Positions 1 to 8,519 of a DNA stretch of 64,000 bases are shown here, one piece after another. Where the stretch lies: assembly GCA_963768145.1 (NCBI GenBank), contig CAVYHK010000033.1, positions 227,756-291,755 on the forward strand. Direction: 5' to 3'. The notes beneath the pieces were generated by a model. That model worked only from the letters and a program-made list of their open reading frames with translations, had not been told where the DNA came from and ran no database searches. Every line of letters begins with the position of its first letter. The first letter of the stretch is position 1. This DNA is from an uncultured Bacteroidota bacterium (GTDB lineage: Bacteria; Bacteroidota; Ignavibacteria; Kryptoniales; JAKASW01). The position numbers were made by a program, and so were the translations under genes.

Positions 1-962
1 CGTGCTTTGAATCTGTCGAGCCCGCGGTATTTTTCAGGCGCATTTTCATTTACCTTACCCGAAATATCAAGAACAATGACTTTTTCAAGATCGTGTCGTC
101 CAGCAATCAAAAAATCATTCGGGTCATGTGCTGGCGTAATTTTCACGGCTCCCGTTCCAAATTCTTTATCCACATAATCGTCGGCAATCACTTTCATTTT
201 CCTTCCGACAAGTGGAAGAATCAGATTTTTGCCGATGGAATTTTTGAAACGCGTGTCGGCGGGATTGACTGCCACTGCAACATCACCTAGCATGGTCTCG
301 GGTCTCGTGGTCGCGACGGTAATATGACCTGTGCCATCTTCAAGCGGATACTTCAGGTAATACAACTTCCCGTTTTTCTCCTGGTATTCAACTTCGTCGT
401 CGCTGATCGCCGTGTGATCTTTCGGACACCAGTTGACAATATATTTCCCGCGGTAAATCAATCCTTTCCGGTAGAGTCTCACAAAAACTTCTCGGACTGC
501 ATGGGAAAGCCCCTCGTCCATGGTGAAACGCTCGCGGGACCAATCGCAGGAGACCCCGAGTTTTTTCAACTGTTTGATAATGGTTCCGCCATATTCATCC
601 CGCCACCTCCATACCAGCTCAAGAAATTTCTCCCTGCCAAGCGCATGCCTGTCCTTTCCTTCCTTCGCCAGGCTTTTCTCAACGACATTCTGTGTCGCTA
701 TCCCAGCGTGGTCAGTTCCGGGAACCCAGCATGCTTCAAAGCCTTTCATCCTTTTCCATCTGACGAAAACATCCTGTATCGAATTATTCAAAACATGTCC
801 CATCGTCAGGATGCCGGTAATGTTCGGCGGTGGAATGACAATGGTGTAAGGTCTTTTCTGCTTGTTTACGCGCGCTTCGAAGAATTTCTTGTCAATCCAA
901 TATTTGTACCATTTGTCTTCGATTTCCGACGGCAAATATGTTTTAGGTATTTCTCGATTCAT
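1..962 (-). CDS. valS: valyl-tRNA synthetase, N-terminal ~320 aa (gene runs off left edge)
   Basis: Minus-strand translation from the ATG (complement of 960-962) reads MNREIPKTYLPSEIEDKWYKYW...PPPNITGILTMGHVLN...WVPGTDHAGIATQ...TTRPETMLGD...KITPAHDPNDF. It is absent from the ORF track because no stop lies inside the window. The + ORFs 324-989 and 520-849 are antisense shadows. Confidence 0.93.
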   Translation of the reverse strand, partial: MNREIPKTYLPSEIEDKWYKYWIDKKFFEARVNKQKRPYTIVIPPPNITGILTMGHVLNNSIQDVFVRWKRMKGFEACWVPGTDHAGIATQNVVEKSLAKEGKDRHALGREKFLELVWRWRDEYGGTIIKQLKKLGVSCDWSRERFTMDEGLSHAVREVFVRLYRKGLIYRGKYIVNWCPKDHTAISDDEVEYQEKNGKLYYLKYPLEDGTGHITVATTRPETMLGDVAVAVNPADTRFKNSIGKNLILPLVGRKMKVIADDYVDKEFGTGAVKITPAHDPNDFLIAGRHDLEKVIVLDISGKVNENAPEKYRGLDRFKA

Positions 963-1031
963 TATTTACTTGGGTGGTTTCCGCTCTAACGATATTTTGA
1001 TTTACGACTTAGTCATTTAGCGCTGACATGT

Positions 1032-1457
1032 TCACATCTGTGATTCCCACTTTTTCCCCTCCTTTCCAAGGAGGGGACTAAGGGGTGGTTCGCTCAAAGC
1101 TTCTGCGGCTTCCTGTGAGATGTCCTGCAAGACATGATCAAGATTCTCTTTCACATCTGTATTTGTATAGCGTAAGACTTTGATACCGAGCTTTTCAATT
1201 TCTTTTTGTCTCTTCATGTCAGAAAAAACACGTGTTCCATATCCATGCACGTCGCCATCAACTTCAATCGCAAGTTTCCGTGAAGGACAATAGAAGTCAA
1301 TGATATATTGGTTCACGCTTTCCTGCCTCCTGAATTTCATTCCGCCAAGCTGACTATTCTTGAGCCGTGACCACAAGATAACCTCCGCAGATGTCATGTT
1401 ATTGCGAAGGAATTTTCTCTTATGCTTTAAGTTTGATCTGTTAAATATCTTTGTCAT
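1032..1457 (-). CDS. DUF559 (Vsr-like) endonuclease domain protein
   Basis: Sequence LRNNMTSAEVILWSRLKN...FRRQ..IIDFYCPSRKLAIEVDG..H matches the DUF559 pattern. Start is taken at MTKIFNR (cat 1455-1457). The longer ORF (to 1508) reads through the flanking repeat. Confidence 0.8.
   Translation of the reverse strand: MTKIFNRSNLKHKRKFLRNNMTSAEVILWSRLKNSQLGGMKFRRQESVNQYIIDFYCPSRKLAIEVDGDVHGYGTRVFSDMKRQKEIEKLGIKVLRYTNTDVKENLDHVLQDISQEAAEALSEPPLSPLLGKEGKKWESQM
1052..1092. repeat. left ~40-nt inverted repeat flanking the DUF559 gene (contains hairpin CCCCTCCT..AGGAGGGG)
   Basis: ttttcccctcctttccaaggaggggactaaggggtggttcg matches the reverse complement of 1459-1497 (ttttcccctcctctttgaggaggggtgcaggggtggtcg). 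Confidence 0.75.
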
Positions 1458-1458
1458 A

Positions 1459-1497
1459 CGACCACCCCTGCACCCCTCCTCAAAGAGGAGGGGAAAA
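1459..1497. repeat. right ~40-nt inverted repeat flanking the DUF559 gene
   Basis: cgaccacccctgcacccctcctcaaagaggaggggaaaa is the inverted partner of 1052-1092. Confidence 0.75.
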
Positions 1498-1584
1498 GAA
1501 AGCAACAAACGATCGATTGCACCATCAAGATTTTTATTCTTTGTGACAGATCGTTTCAGTCCCCATTGTTAATAGTACCCCCGC

Positions 1585-2100
1585 TCATCTCTCCAGCGCG
1601 ATGCCGAGGGCAGTAGTTACCTTCAACAGATCGCTATTTGTCTTGTTGAGTCTGTCACTTAGCGACCAGGCAATGTTCAGAAATGTCCTGTAACCAATTT
1701 CATAATCCGTTTCTGACAGTCTTACGAGGTCCGCAAGGTCGATCACTGCAAATTTACAAGGCACAACAGTGCGGACTGTCGCATTGCGCGCACTAACTTT
1801 GTCGAAGAGAGACATCTCACCGAAGAAAGGAAAACTCTTTGAAGTGAGCCTGAGAAGTGATTTGTCTAACGGGTCGAGCGTCGTAGCGCCAGACCGAAAC
1901 ACCAATGACTTGGTGACTTCAACCTCGCCGCTCAACAGAATGAAAAGGGTATTCCCGCTTTCCCCTTCTCTCATGATTTGCTGGTCTGCGGGAAAATTCT
2001 GCACCTTTACGAGTGCCGCGACCTCCCCAATTTTCTCCTCGGGTATTCCCGCAAAAATTGCCGTCCTGCTGAGATCGATATCAAGGGCTGAACGTTTCAT
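1585..2100 (-). CDS. stand-alone cyclic-nucleotide-binding domain protein
   Basis: 171 aa with ..GESGNTLFILLSGEVEV...FFGEMSLFD...RNATV.., a CAP/cNMP-binding beta-roll pattern. Its start overlaps the stop of the upstream channel gene by 4 nt. Confidence 0.8.
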   Translation of the reverse strand: MKRSALDIDLSRTAIFAGIPEEKIGEVAALVKVQNFPADQQIMREGESGNTLFILLSGEVEVTKSLVFRSGATTLDPLDKSLLRLTSKSFPFFGEMSLFDKVSARNATVRTVVPCKFAVIDLADLVRLSETDYEIGYRTFLNIAWSLSDRLNKTNSDLLKVTTALGIALER

Positions 2101-3278
2101 CCGATAACGATCACGTCTTCTTTTTCCTGCACAACATAATCGAGCGGCGGGTTCAGATTCAAACGCAACCCGCCTTTTTCCCTCAAGTCGAGACCGGCGG
2201 CTTTGAACTTCCTCTCTATAAATGAATCTATCGCGGTATAATCCGAAGATAGTATGTCGGTGATCTTGACAGATTCTTCCTGTACGACAAACCCGATGGC
2301 AATGCTATTGTGCTGGCTTTTGAAATACTCCTGAATCTCACGGAATTGTTTCCCGACAAGCTCGGCTGGCATCTGCAATCTTTTCAAAGCAACGCCCTTT
2401 TCAGGATTCAAGAGTGTCTGAATTGTCTGAGCGATTCCCGGTGAAGAAATATCAGAAGCAAGCAGGTAGCCGACATGCTCGTCGCTGACAATCACATCGT
2501 CGACGTCCGCCCGCTTCAAATGAGAAAGATTCTCTTTATCGATTATGTGAGCATAAACTTTCAGGTCGCGTTTCATGGATTTGATTGCAAGCGCAGCAGG
2601 AAGAGTCTTATCATCACGGGGCACTGAAGTCAGGGACATATCAGGCAGAATTATCACGGCGCGAGCTTCTTCCAAATTGGCGCGCGCAAGCGTAAGCTCC
2701 TTCGTGTAGTCACCGCTGACGTACTTTAAATTCAGATTTTCATAACCCGAAAGAACTTCTTCCATTCTCGCCGGCGGCATCTCATTTATAAGAACGACAC
2801 TTTCTTTCCGTCTATCCGAGCCCATTCCAACGCGCTCAGAGGAAAACCTGTTCAGGGTTTCTAAAAGGTTTTCTAACTTCTGGTTCCACCCGCAAACCAC
2901 GGTGTGCCCCTTTAACTTAATCTGCTGCAAGCCCTGACTCTCCCTTATTCTTTGTGCCACGAAGATTGACGAGATCGTCGCCGTCAACAAAGAAATGACT
3001 GAAATTCCCGACAGCATGACAAAGATGCCGACAACACGCCCGAGAACTGTCGTTGGAACAACGTCGCCGTAGCCGACGGTGGTCATAGTAACAACTGTCC
3101 ACCAAACCGCATCCCAGAGAGATTGTATGCTTCCCTGACGCACCTCGGCAAAATAGACCAAAAGAGATCCGACTGTCACCAGGCCTACGAGCGCCGACAC
3201 AAGCGGTACTAGGTTTATATTTATTCCGCTGCTTTTCCCGAAGGGGCCCTTTCGGAGTCTTTTCCAAAAACGGTTCAT
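2097..3278 (-). CDS. 2-TM potassium channel with C-terminal RCK/TrkA-N domain
   Basis: Selectivity filter TTVGYGD lies between two hydrophobic helices, followed by GHTVVCGWN (Rossmann-like RCK). Confidence 0.88.
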   Translation of the reverse strand: MNRFWKRLRKGPFGKSSGININLVPLVSALVGLVTVGSLLVYFAEVRQGSIQSLWDAVWWTVVTMTTVGYGDVVPTTVLGRVVGIFVMLSGISVISLLTATISSIFVAQRIRESQGLQQIKLKGHTVVCGWNQKLENLLETLNRFSSERVGMGSDRRKESVVLINEMPPARMEEVLSGYENLNLKYVSGDYTKELTLARANLEEARAVIILPDMSLTSVPRDDKTLPAALAIKSMKRDLKVYAHIIDKENLSHLKRADVDDVIVSDEHVGYLLASDISSPGIAQTIQTLLNPEKGVALKRLQMPAELVGKQFREIQEYFKSQHNSIAIGFVVQEESVKITDILSSDYTAIDSFIERKFKAAGLDLREKGGLRLNLNPPLDYVVQEKEDVIVIG

Positions 3279-4048
3279 TAAAGTCTAGTTCTCGATTCAA
3301 CTCTTCTCTCGTTGCCTGCATTATCGCTGACAATCACTTCGACCTTTTTTTCGTTTCTCAACAGATTGAGGTCCACTTGGCAAACTGCGGCATGCTTGTC
3401 AACATCGTACTCGCAAAAATGTCTTTCTTTGCCGATCTTCAGCAAAATGTTGTCGGTGTTAACTCCAGAAAGCCGATCCGACACTTTGAAATATACAAAA
3501 ACTCTCCTAAAGTCCTTTGGGGCGACAGACCTATAAAATGGATTTCTCCTTGAAAACTCGATTTTCCCCAGAATTGGAGGCGTTTTGTCGCGCAGAAGTG
3601 CGAACTCGCCGGTTCCGCGACTGATCCTTGCCGTCAAAAAGCCACCATCGTTTCTGCATTCAACATAACTCCACCGCCTCTTCAATCTTCTGTAGAGTCT
3701 CAAGGCGGGATCGTTCACTTTCCATGTTAGTTCCACTTTCTTTCGCAACGTTTCATTTTCCGATTGGATCTCGAAGCTGGTCGGTGAAAGGACTCTCGCA
3801 TCGACATGAATATCTTTCGCAAAACTATTCTCCGGGAATCGGAGAGTCAACGAATGCGGGAGGTTGAAGACTTTTTCCTTGAACGGCGCAATAGTCCCCT
3901 GAAGAGATCCGTTGGGAGAATTGGAGTTCGCATCAGACAATTTGCCAGACGAGCGAGGAATATCGAGGAAAAACTTTCCGCTGACGGACGCACGGTTATC
4001 ATCTTCGTCCTCGACCGTGATCTCATAAGAATGAACCCCGTTGGACAC
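3278..4048 (-). CDS. C-terminal part of the M23 peptidase (probably one gene with 4023-5153, split by a frameshift)
   Basis: This frame stays open upstream to 4174 and reads a plausible protein there (..FLGESKTYYALCVNRAIPFSVFTPDKPLSGLIGENVSNGVHSYEITV..). The upstream ORF ends in an Arg-rich junk-like tail. Confidence 0.55.
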   Translation of the reverse strand: MSNGVHSYEITVEDEDDNRASVSGKFFLDIPRSSGKLSDANSNSPNGSLQGTIAPFKEKVFNLPHSLTLRFPENSFAKDIHVDARVLSPTSFEIQSENETLRKKVELTWKVNDPALRLYRRLKRRWSYVECRNDGGFLTARISRGTGEFALLRDKTPPILGKIEFSRRNPFYRSVAPKDFRRVFVYFKVSDRLSGVNTDNILLKIGKERHFCEYDVDKHAAVCQVDLNLLRNEKKVEVIVSDNAGNERRVESRTRL

Positions 4049-5153
4049 GTTCTCTCCTATCAGTCCGCTTAAAGGTTTGTCTGGAGTAAAGACAGAAAAA
4101 GGAATCGCGCGATTGACGCACAGGGCGTAATATGTTTTGGATTCTCCGAGAAAGGCCGAGATCGACGAGAGAGCCTACATCCAGGTATTCGTCGGGATAG
4201 AAGTGTGTCAGGTTTAAACCGATAAACTCTCCACCGTCAATCTTCAGAACGACGTGCTTCGGGGCACGCCTGAATTTTCCTCCGTAGGAAGAAGCAGCGT
4301 GGAGCACGAAATAAAACGGCTCGGTCATTCGAAAAGTTTGTTTCGCCAGATATGAAGCTCTTGACTTCACAACCTTGCTGACCTTTGCTGCACCTGAAAC
4401 AAATCCACGAACAGCAACATTAAAGATTCGTGGCGTCCTGTAACCGGCAACGTCAAGCGTATTGAAGAGAAGCGGATCCATGAAGGAAAAATCCTTGTCG
4501 TGGATCTCGAAGTGAAGATGTGGACCCCCAGTGCCACTCGCACCCGTGTATGCAATGACTTCGCCGCGATCAACGCTGATATCACCGGGGCTCAGTTTCA
4601 AATTCACTCCATACTTGTTTTCTTGCCGTTGTGTTGCCTCGACTTTCTGTTGAATTTCTTCCGAGAATCCGGAAAGATGCCCGTACAAAGTAAATGTGGA
4701 ATCATCATGTCTCAGTATGATCATCTTCCCGTAACCAAATGGTGAAACTGAAATCTGGTAGACATATCCGGATTTTGCCGCGAACACCCGATAGCCAATC
4801 TTCTCATTTGTCGAAATATCCATTCCGCCGTGGAAGTGGGACGAACGATAATCGGCAAACCCGGAATTTATTTTGCGCGAAGCATCGGTGGGAAAAAGAT
4901 AAGCGGCGTTTGGAGATGCTTTGGAATTACCGGCGTGCATTTTCCCGTAACAAACAGTCGAAAGCCCAGCGGAAAAGAGATCGACCGCAGAGAACGCCAA
5001 GAACGCGCCAAGGACGCCAAGAAGAAATTTGCTCTTGACATTAATTCTCTTTTGTGGTCTTTGTACCGGCTTTGCGAACCCAGTAATCACATTTTCCGGA
5101 TGGATCAACAGAGGAGACAAAAATGCGGTGGATAAACCGGACAGAAAACTCAT
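4023..5153 (-). CDS. M23/LytM family metallopeptidase (N-terminal part)
   Basis: HFHGGMDIST ... GASGTGGPHLHFEIHD are the HxxxD and HxH zinc motifs of family M23. There is an N-terminal membrane anchor. Confidence 0.85.
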   Translation of the reverse strand: MSFLSGLSTAFLSPLLIHPENVITGFAKPVQRPQKRINVKSKFLLGVLGAFLAFSAVDLFSAGLSTVCYGKMHAGNSKASPNAAYLFPTDASRKINSGFADYRSSHFHGGMDISTNEKIGYRVFAAKSGYVYQISVSPFGYGKMIILRHDDSTFTLYGHLSGFSEEIQQKVEATQRQENKYGVNLKLSPGDISVDRGEVIAYTGASGTGGPHLHFEIHDKDFSFMDPLLFNTLDVAGYRTPRIFNVAVRGFVSGAAKVSKVVKSRASYLAKQTFRMTEPFYFVLHAASSYGGKFRRAPKHVVLKIDGGEFIGLNLTHFYPDEYLDVGSLVDLGLSRRIQNILRPVRQSRDSFFCLYSRQTFKRTDRRERVQRGSFL

Positions 5154-6043
5154 CTGACAGAATCTTCCAAAGAAGTACCGCCCTCCCCCCTTATGGCAGT
5201 TGAATCCCGGGATGAAATACTTTTGTTTTCACCTTGAGATGTGTCTGATGCCGATGAAGCCTCACCCATCATCTCATTGAAAGCATGTTCACGGGAAATT
5301 ATTTCCGTTGCCAGCTCGAAGTAAGCTTGTGCTCCTTTGGAGTTTATGTTGTAAAGGAGCACCGGTCTTCCGTAGAATGCTGCTTCTGCAAGAGTCGAGT
5401 TTTTGGGAATCGTTATCTTGAAAAGAAACTTGGAGTATCTTGAGCGAAGTTCCCTGCCGGTAATCTCTGAGATCTTTGTGTTCGGTTCGAACATCGTCAT
5501 AAGAATTCCCTCGACGTAAATTTTGGGATTCGCGACTTCCCGTATCCATTTCAGATATCGCATTAGCCTCATCACAGCATCGAGGGAGAAGTGGCTCGCA
5601 CGCATCGGGATTATGACCGAATTGGAGGCGCACAGCGCATTTGTGGTAATCCCTCGAAGAGTCGGCGGGCAATCTATGATGACGTAGTCATACTTTCTTT
5701 CGATGTCGCGCAATGCAATTCGTATTACCGTCCTGTTCTCGCTCAGACGAAGAAGCCGTTCTTCCATCTGCACGGTAGAAATATTCGACGGAATGAAATC
5801 CAAATAGGTCAATTCGGTTTTGTAAATGACCCTATTGAGGGAATGCGTGTAGTTGAAAACATCGTAGAGACCGCTCTTGACCTGATCTGCAGTGTATCCG
5901 AGAGAAATTCCGCTCGCCCCGAGAGTGTCTGCATCAATTAGTAGAGTTTTCTTTTCCGCCGCCGCCAGACTTGCCGCGAGGTTAACCGCTGTTGTAGTTT
6001 TTCCTTCTCCCCCTTTGGGAATGGCAACCGAAATGACTCGCAT
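5150..6043 (-). CDS. ParA/Soj-type P-loop ATPase
   Basis: MRVISVAIPKGGEGKTTTAVNLAASLA carries the deviant Walker A KGGxGKT. It overlaps the M23 gene by 4 nt. No parB is adjacent. Confidence 0.85.
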   Translation of the reverse strand: MRVISVAIPKGGEGKTTTAVNLAASLAAAEKKTLLIDADTLGASGISLGYTADQVKSGLYDVFNYTHSLNRVIYKTELTYLDFIPSNISTVQMEERLLRLSENRTVIRIALRDIERKYDYVIIDCPPTLRGITTNALCASNSVIIPMRASHFSLDAVMRLMRYLKWIREVANPKIYVEGILMTMFEPNTKISEITGRELRSRYSKFLFKITIPKNSTLAEAAFYGRPVLLYNINSKGAQAYFELATEIISREHAFNEMMGEASSASDTSQGENKSISSRDSTAIRGEGGTSLEDSVR

Positions 6044-6045
6044 AG

Positions 6046-6699
6046 CTACACGATCTCAACGTCCAGTGAAACATACCCAATAAGTTCGGCGTGGAGTTTA
6101 TCACCCGGTTTAAGTTGCGCAACACCTTCCGGTGTTCCGGTGAAAATCAAATCTCCCCGTTCGAGCGTAAATAATTCCGATATGAAGGCGATTACTTCTT
6201 CGATTTTGAAGATAGTGTTTTTATAGCTTCCCCGCTGGCGAGGCTTACCATTTACCGAAAGTGTCAGTTCCAGAGAGTTGAGATCCACCCCTTCGACGGG
6301 AACTGCGTTAGAAATCGGTGCCGAGCCATCAAAACCTTTGGAGATAAGCCAGGGGTTTCCTTCGTTTCTCAACTCCGTCTGAATGTCGCGAAGGGTCAGG
6401 TCAAGTCCGACACCCATTGCCGTTATGAATGATCTAGCGTCTTCCCCAGGAATATTCTTCCCTTCCTTGCCGATCGCGAAGAAGATCTCGGTCTCATGGT
6501 GAAGGTCGTTCGTCATTGCCGGAATTTTTATTTTCGCTCCATCGTGAACAATTGCGGTCGAAGGTTTCATGAAAACAATCGGCAGTTCGGGTACTTCGGA
6601 TTTCATCTCAGCAGCATGTTTCGCATAATTCTTGCCGAGACAAAAAATCTTGGGGACAATTATGTCCTCATTGGATTTGGAAAGATGCACAGTTTCCAT
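6046..6699 (-). CDS. fumarylacetoacetate hydrolase (FAH) family protein
   Basis: CLGKNYAKHAAEM..HHETEIFFAIGKEG..DLTLRDIQ..PWLISKGFDGSAPIS..GDLIFTGTPEGV. Confidence 0.85.
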   Translation of the reverse strand: METVHLSKSNEDIIVPKIFCLGKNYAKHAAEMKSEVPELPIVFMKPSTAIVHDGAKIKIPAMTNDLHHETEIFFAIGKEGKNIPGEDARSFITAMGVGLDLTLRDIQTELRNEGNPWLISKGFDGSAPISNAVPVEGVDLNSLELTLSVNGKPRQRGSYKNTIFKIEEVIAFISELFTLERGDLIFTGTPEGVAQLKPGDKLHAELIGYVSLDVEIV

Positions 6700-6742
6700 C
6701 GCGTAAAATATAAATGAGGATTAGGTCTTGTTCAAGAATGCT

Positions 6743-6898
6743 GGGTAGTGGCTAAGTTTGGATTCTCCCGCCGATTTCGCAGACTTCGTCGTGAGCTCAG
6801 TCGAACGATGAACGCTGAAGACAATCTGCGAAAATCTCCGCGATCAGCGGGAAACAAATATCTTCTGGTAGCTCGAAAATTGAAACTGAGGCGCTACC
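6743..6898. mobile_element. 156-bp MITE, TIR GGGTAGTGGCT / AGGCGCTACC, 7-bp TSD GAATGCT
   Basis: The direct repeat gaatgct occurs at 6736-6742 and 6899-6905. The body is ~94% identical to 53500-53655. The internal long hairpin is TCCCGCCGATTTCGCAGA...TCTGCGAAAATC..GCGGGA. Confidence 0.8.
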
Positions 6899-7017
6899 GA
6901 ATGCTGCGGTTGCGTCTAATGAAATGTGGCACTAGAACCGGCATGCGCAACCATGGTGCCTTAGAGGAAACTGCATGCCTGGACCAAAGTCTTTTGAGCC
7001 CGACTCGAACCCTCCTC

Positions 7018-8136
7018 TTAAGTCAACTCCTTCTTATAACATCTTCTTCTTTTGTGCTGGCGCTTCTCAAAGAATTTCCATTGTGCCTGGACTTTGAGGT
7101 TCCCCTCAAGCTCCCTGTTTGTCTCAACTTTTTTAATCTTCTTTGCAATGTAGACTCCCATGATCTGGCATATTAATATCGCATTTACTCCTTTGTTTTG
7201 CATATCTGCGCGCACGGCGGTGAGATAAAGATCTGCACGGGGATTATTCTTCATCGCCCTGAGAAGCGGGATAAATCCGAATGGCAGGAGCCTTCCTTTG
7301 TTCTTCTGAAGTGCAGCAGACAACGAAGGCATTGTAATTCCAAATGCGGCGATCCTGCCGTTTGAATCCAGAACTGCCGGCACATACTCGGGCATGATGA
7401 ATCCGAAATACTGCTTTACGTACATATCAATCTGCTTGTCCGACAATTCGACGAAGCCATATAAATCCTTATAGGCATCGTTGAGTAAGTGGAAGATTTC
7501 CTTGGCATACGGAAGCATCTCTTTTGCTTTCTTCACCTTGAGAATCGTGAGGTTGTTTCTTTTCAGCGCAATGTCGGCAATCCTCTGTACCTCCTCATTC
7601 ATTTGCGTCGGCACGTCGACCTGGTACTCAATCCAGTCGGCATCCTTCGAGTAGCCAGCGGCCTCAATATGTTCAGGATAATATGGATAATTGTAAAGTG
7701 CACCAAGCGTGCTCACCTCTTCGAAGCCTTCCACGAGAACGCCTTCGGCGTCCATATCCGTAAATCCCAGAGGTCCATGAACGGTCGTCATGCCGTTTTC
7801 CTTTGCCCACGCCTCGACCGTGTTCAGGAGCGTCGCAGATACTTTCTTATCGTCTACGAAATCAAACCACCCGAAGCGGGCTGTTCTCGCGCCCCACTTT
7901 TCATTATACTTCCTGTTTATTATCCCTGCGATCCGGCCGACAATCTTGCCGCCCTCATAGGCGAGCCAATATTTCACATCGCAGAAATCGAAAGCGGGAT
8001 TCTTATCCCATCTCAGTGACTTAACTTCATCGCCTCGGAGTGGGGGAACCCAATACTTGTTACCATCGTACAGAGAATACTGAAATGATACAAACCTTTT
8101 CAGTTCGCGCAGGCTGGTTACTTCTTTGATTTGCAT
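7018..8136 (-). CDS. GNAT-like N-acetyltransferase family protein (two-domain, uncharacterised)
   Basis: MQIKEVTSLRELKRFVSFQYSLY..YWVPPL...WLAYEGGKIVGRIAGIINRKYNEKWG..ARFGWFDF matches a family widespread in Bacteroidota. A GGAGG sits 7 nt upstream of the ATG at 8136. Confidence 0.6.
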   Translation of the reverse strand: MQIKEVTSLRELKRFVSFQYSLYDGNKYWVPPLRGDEVKSLRWDKNPAFDFCDVKYWLAYEGGKIVGRIAGIINRKYNEKWGARTARFGWFDFVDDKKVSATLLNTVEAWAKENGMTTVHGPLGFTDMDAEGVLVEGFEEVSTLGALYNYPYYPEHIEAAGYSKDADWIEYQVDVPTQMNEEVQRIADIALKRNNLTILKVKKAKEMLPYAKEIFHLLNDAYKDLYGFVELSDKQIDMYVKQYFGFIMPEYVPAVLDSNGRIAAFGITMPSLSAALQKNKGRLLPFGFIPLLRAMKNNPRADLYLTAVRADMQNKGVNAILICQIMGVYIAKKIKKVETNRELEGNLKVQAQWKFFEKRQHKRRRCYKKELT

Positions 8137-8463
8137 CTGACGACCTCCTTTGACCAAAGATGCTAATATTTCTAAATGACAGACTAAGTTAACTCAATTT
8201 TTTATAAGAATCCTTTTCATGGGAATGCGTTTTTCTGAAAGCGAGAATCAGAATCGATCCCGACAGCTCCAAAGAATTGTGGGAGAGGTTGCGCCGCGTG
8301 CTCTTACGTCAGAATTTCCTCGGGGATCGCAAAATCTGGCCCTGCCGGCCTGCCAAGTGAAAACCTCCGGCATGCCGTCTGGAAGTAATTCCGGCTGGGC
8401 TTTCCCCGAAGGCTGAAGTACATCGGCTCTTGACTGAATGCAAGATAAGCGGGGCCCCATTTC

Positions 8464-8492
8464 TTGAGTTACAAACCACCGTTTAATATATT
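8464..8492 (+). promoter_or_regulatory. sigma70-like promoter TTGAGT-N17-TATATT upstream of sucC
   Basis: The -35 is at 8464-8469 and the -10 at 8487-8492. The ATG is at 8520. Confidence 0.4.
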
Positions 8493-8519
8493 GATTTGTA
8501 GACAATTCGAGTTTTCAAT

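Noticed and set aside
324-989. Plus-strand ORFs 93-290, 324-989 and 520-849
   Set aside because: These are antisense shadows of valS. The minus strand gives an unambiguous ValRS N-terminus, while the plus-strand peptides are low-complexity.
6748-7176. ORF 6748-7176 (142 aa, '..RKSPRSAGNKYLLV..')
   Set aside because: It reads through the 156-bp MITE and then the antisense of the GNAT gene, so it is not a gene.
8160-8460. 300-nt gap upstream of sucC with ORFs 8219-8416 (+) and 8248-8505 (-)
   Set aside because: The peptides have implausible composition. I could not define any motif, repeat or structure there. Only the promoter-like element at 8464-8492 was kept.
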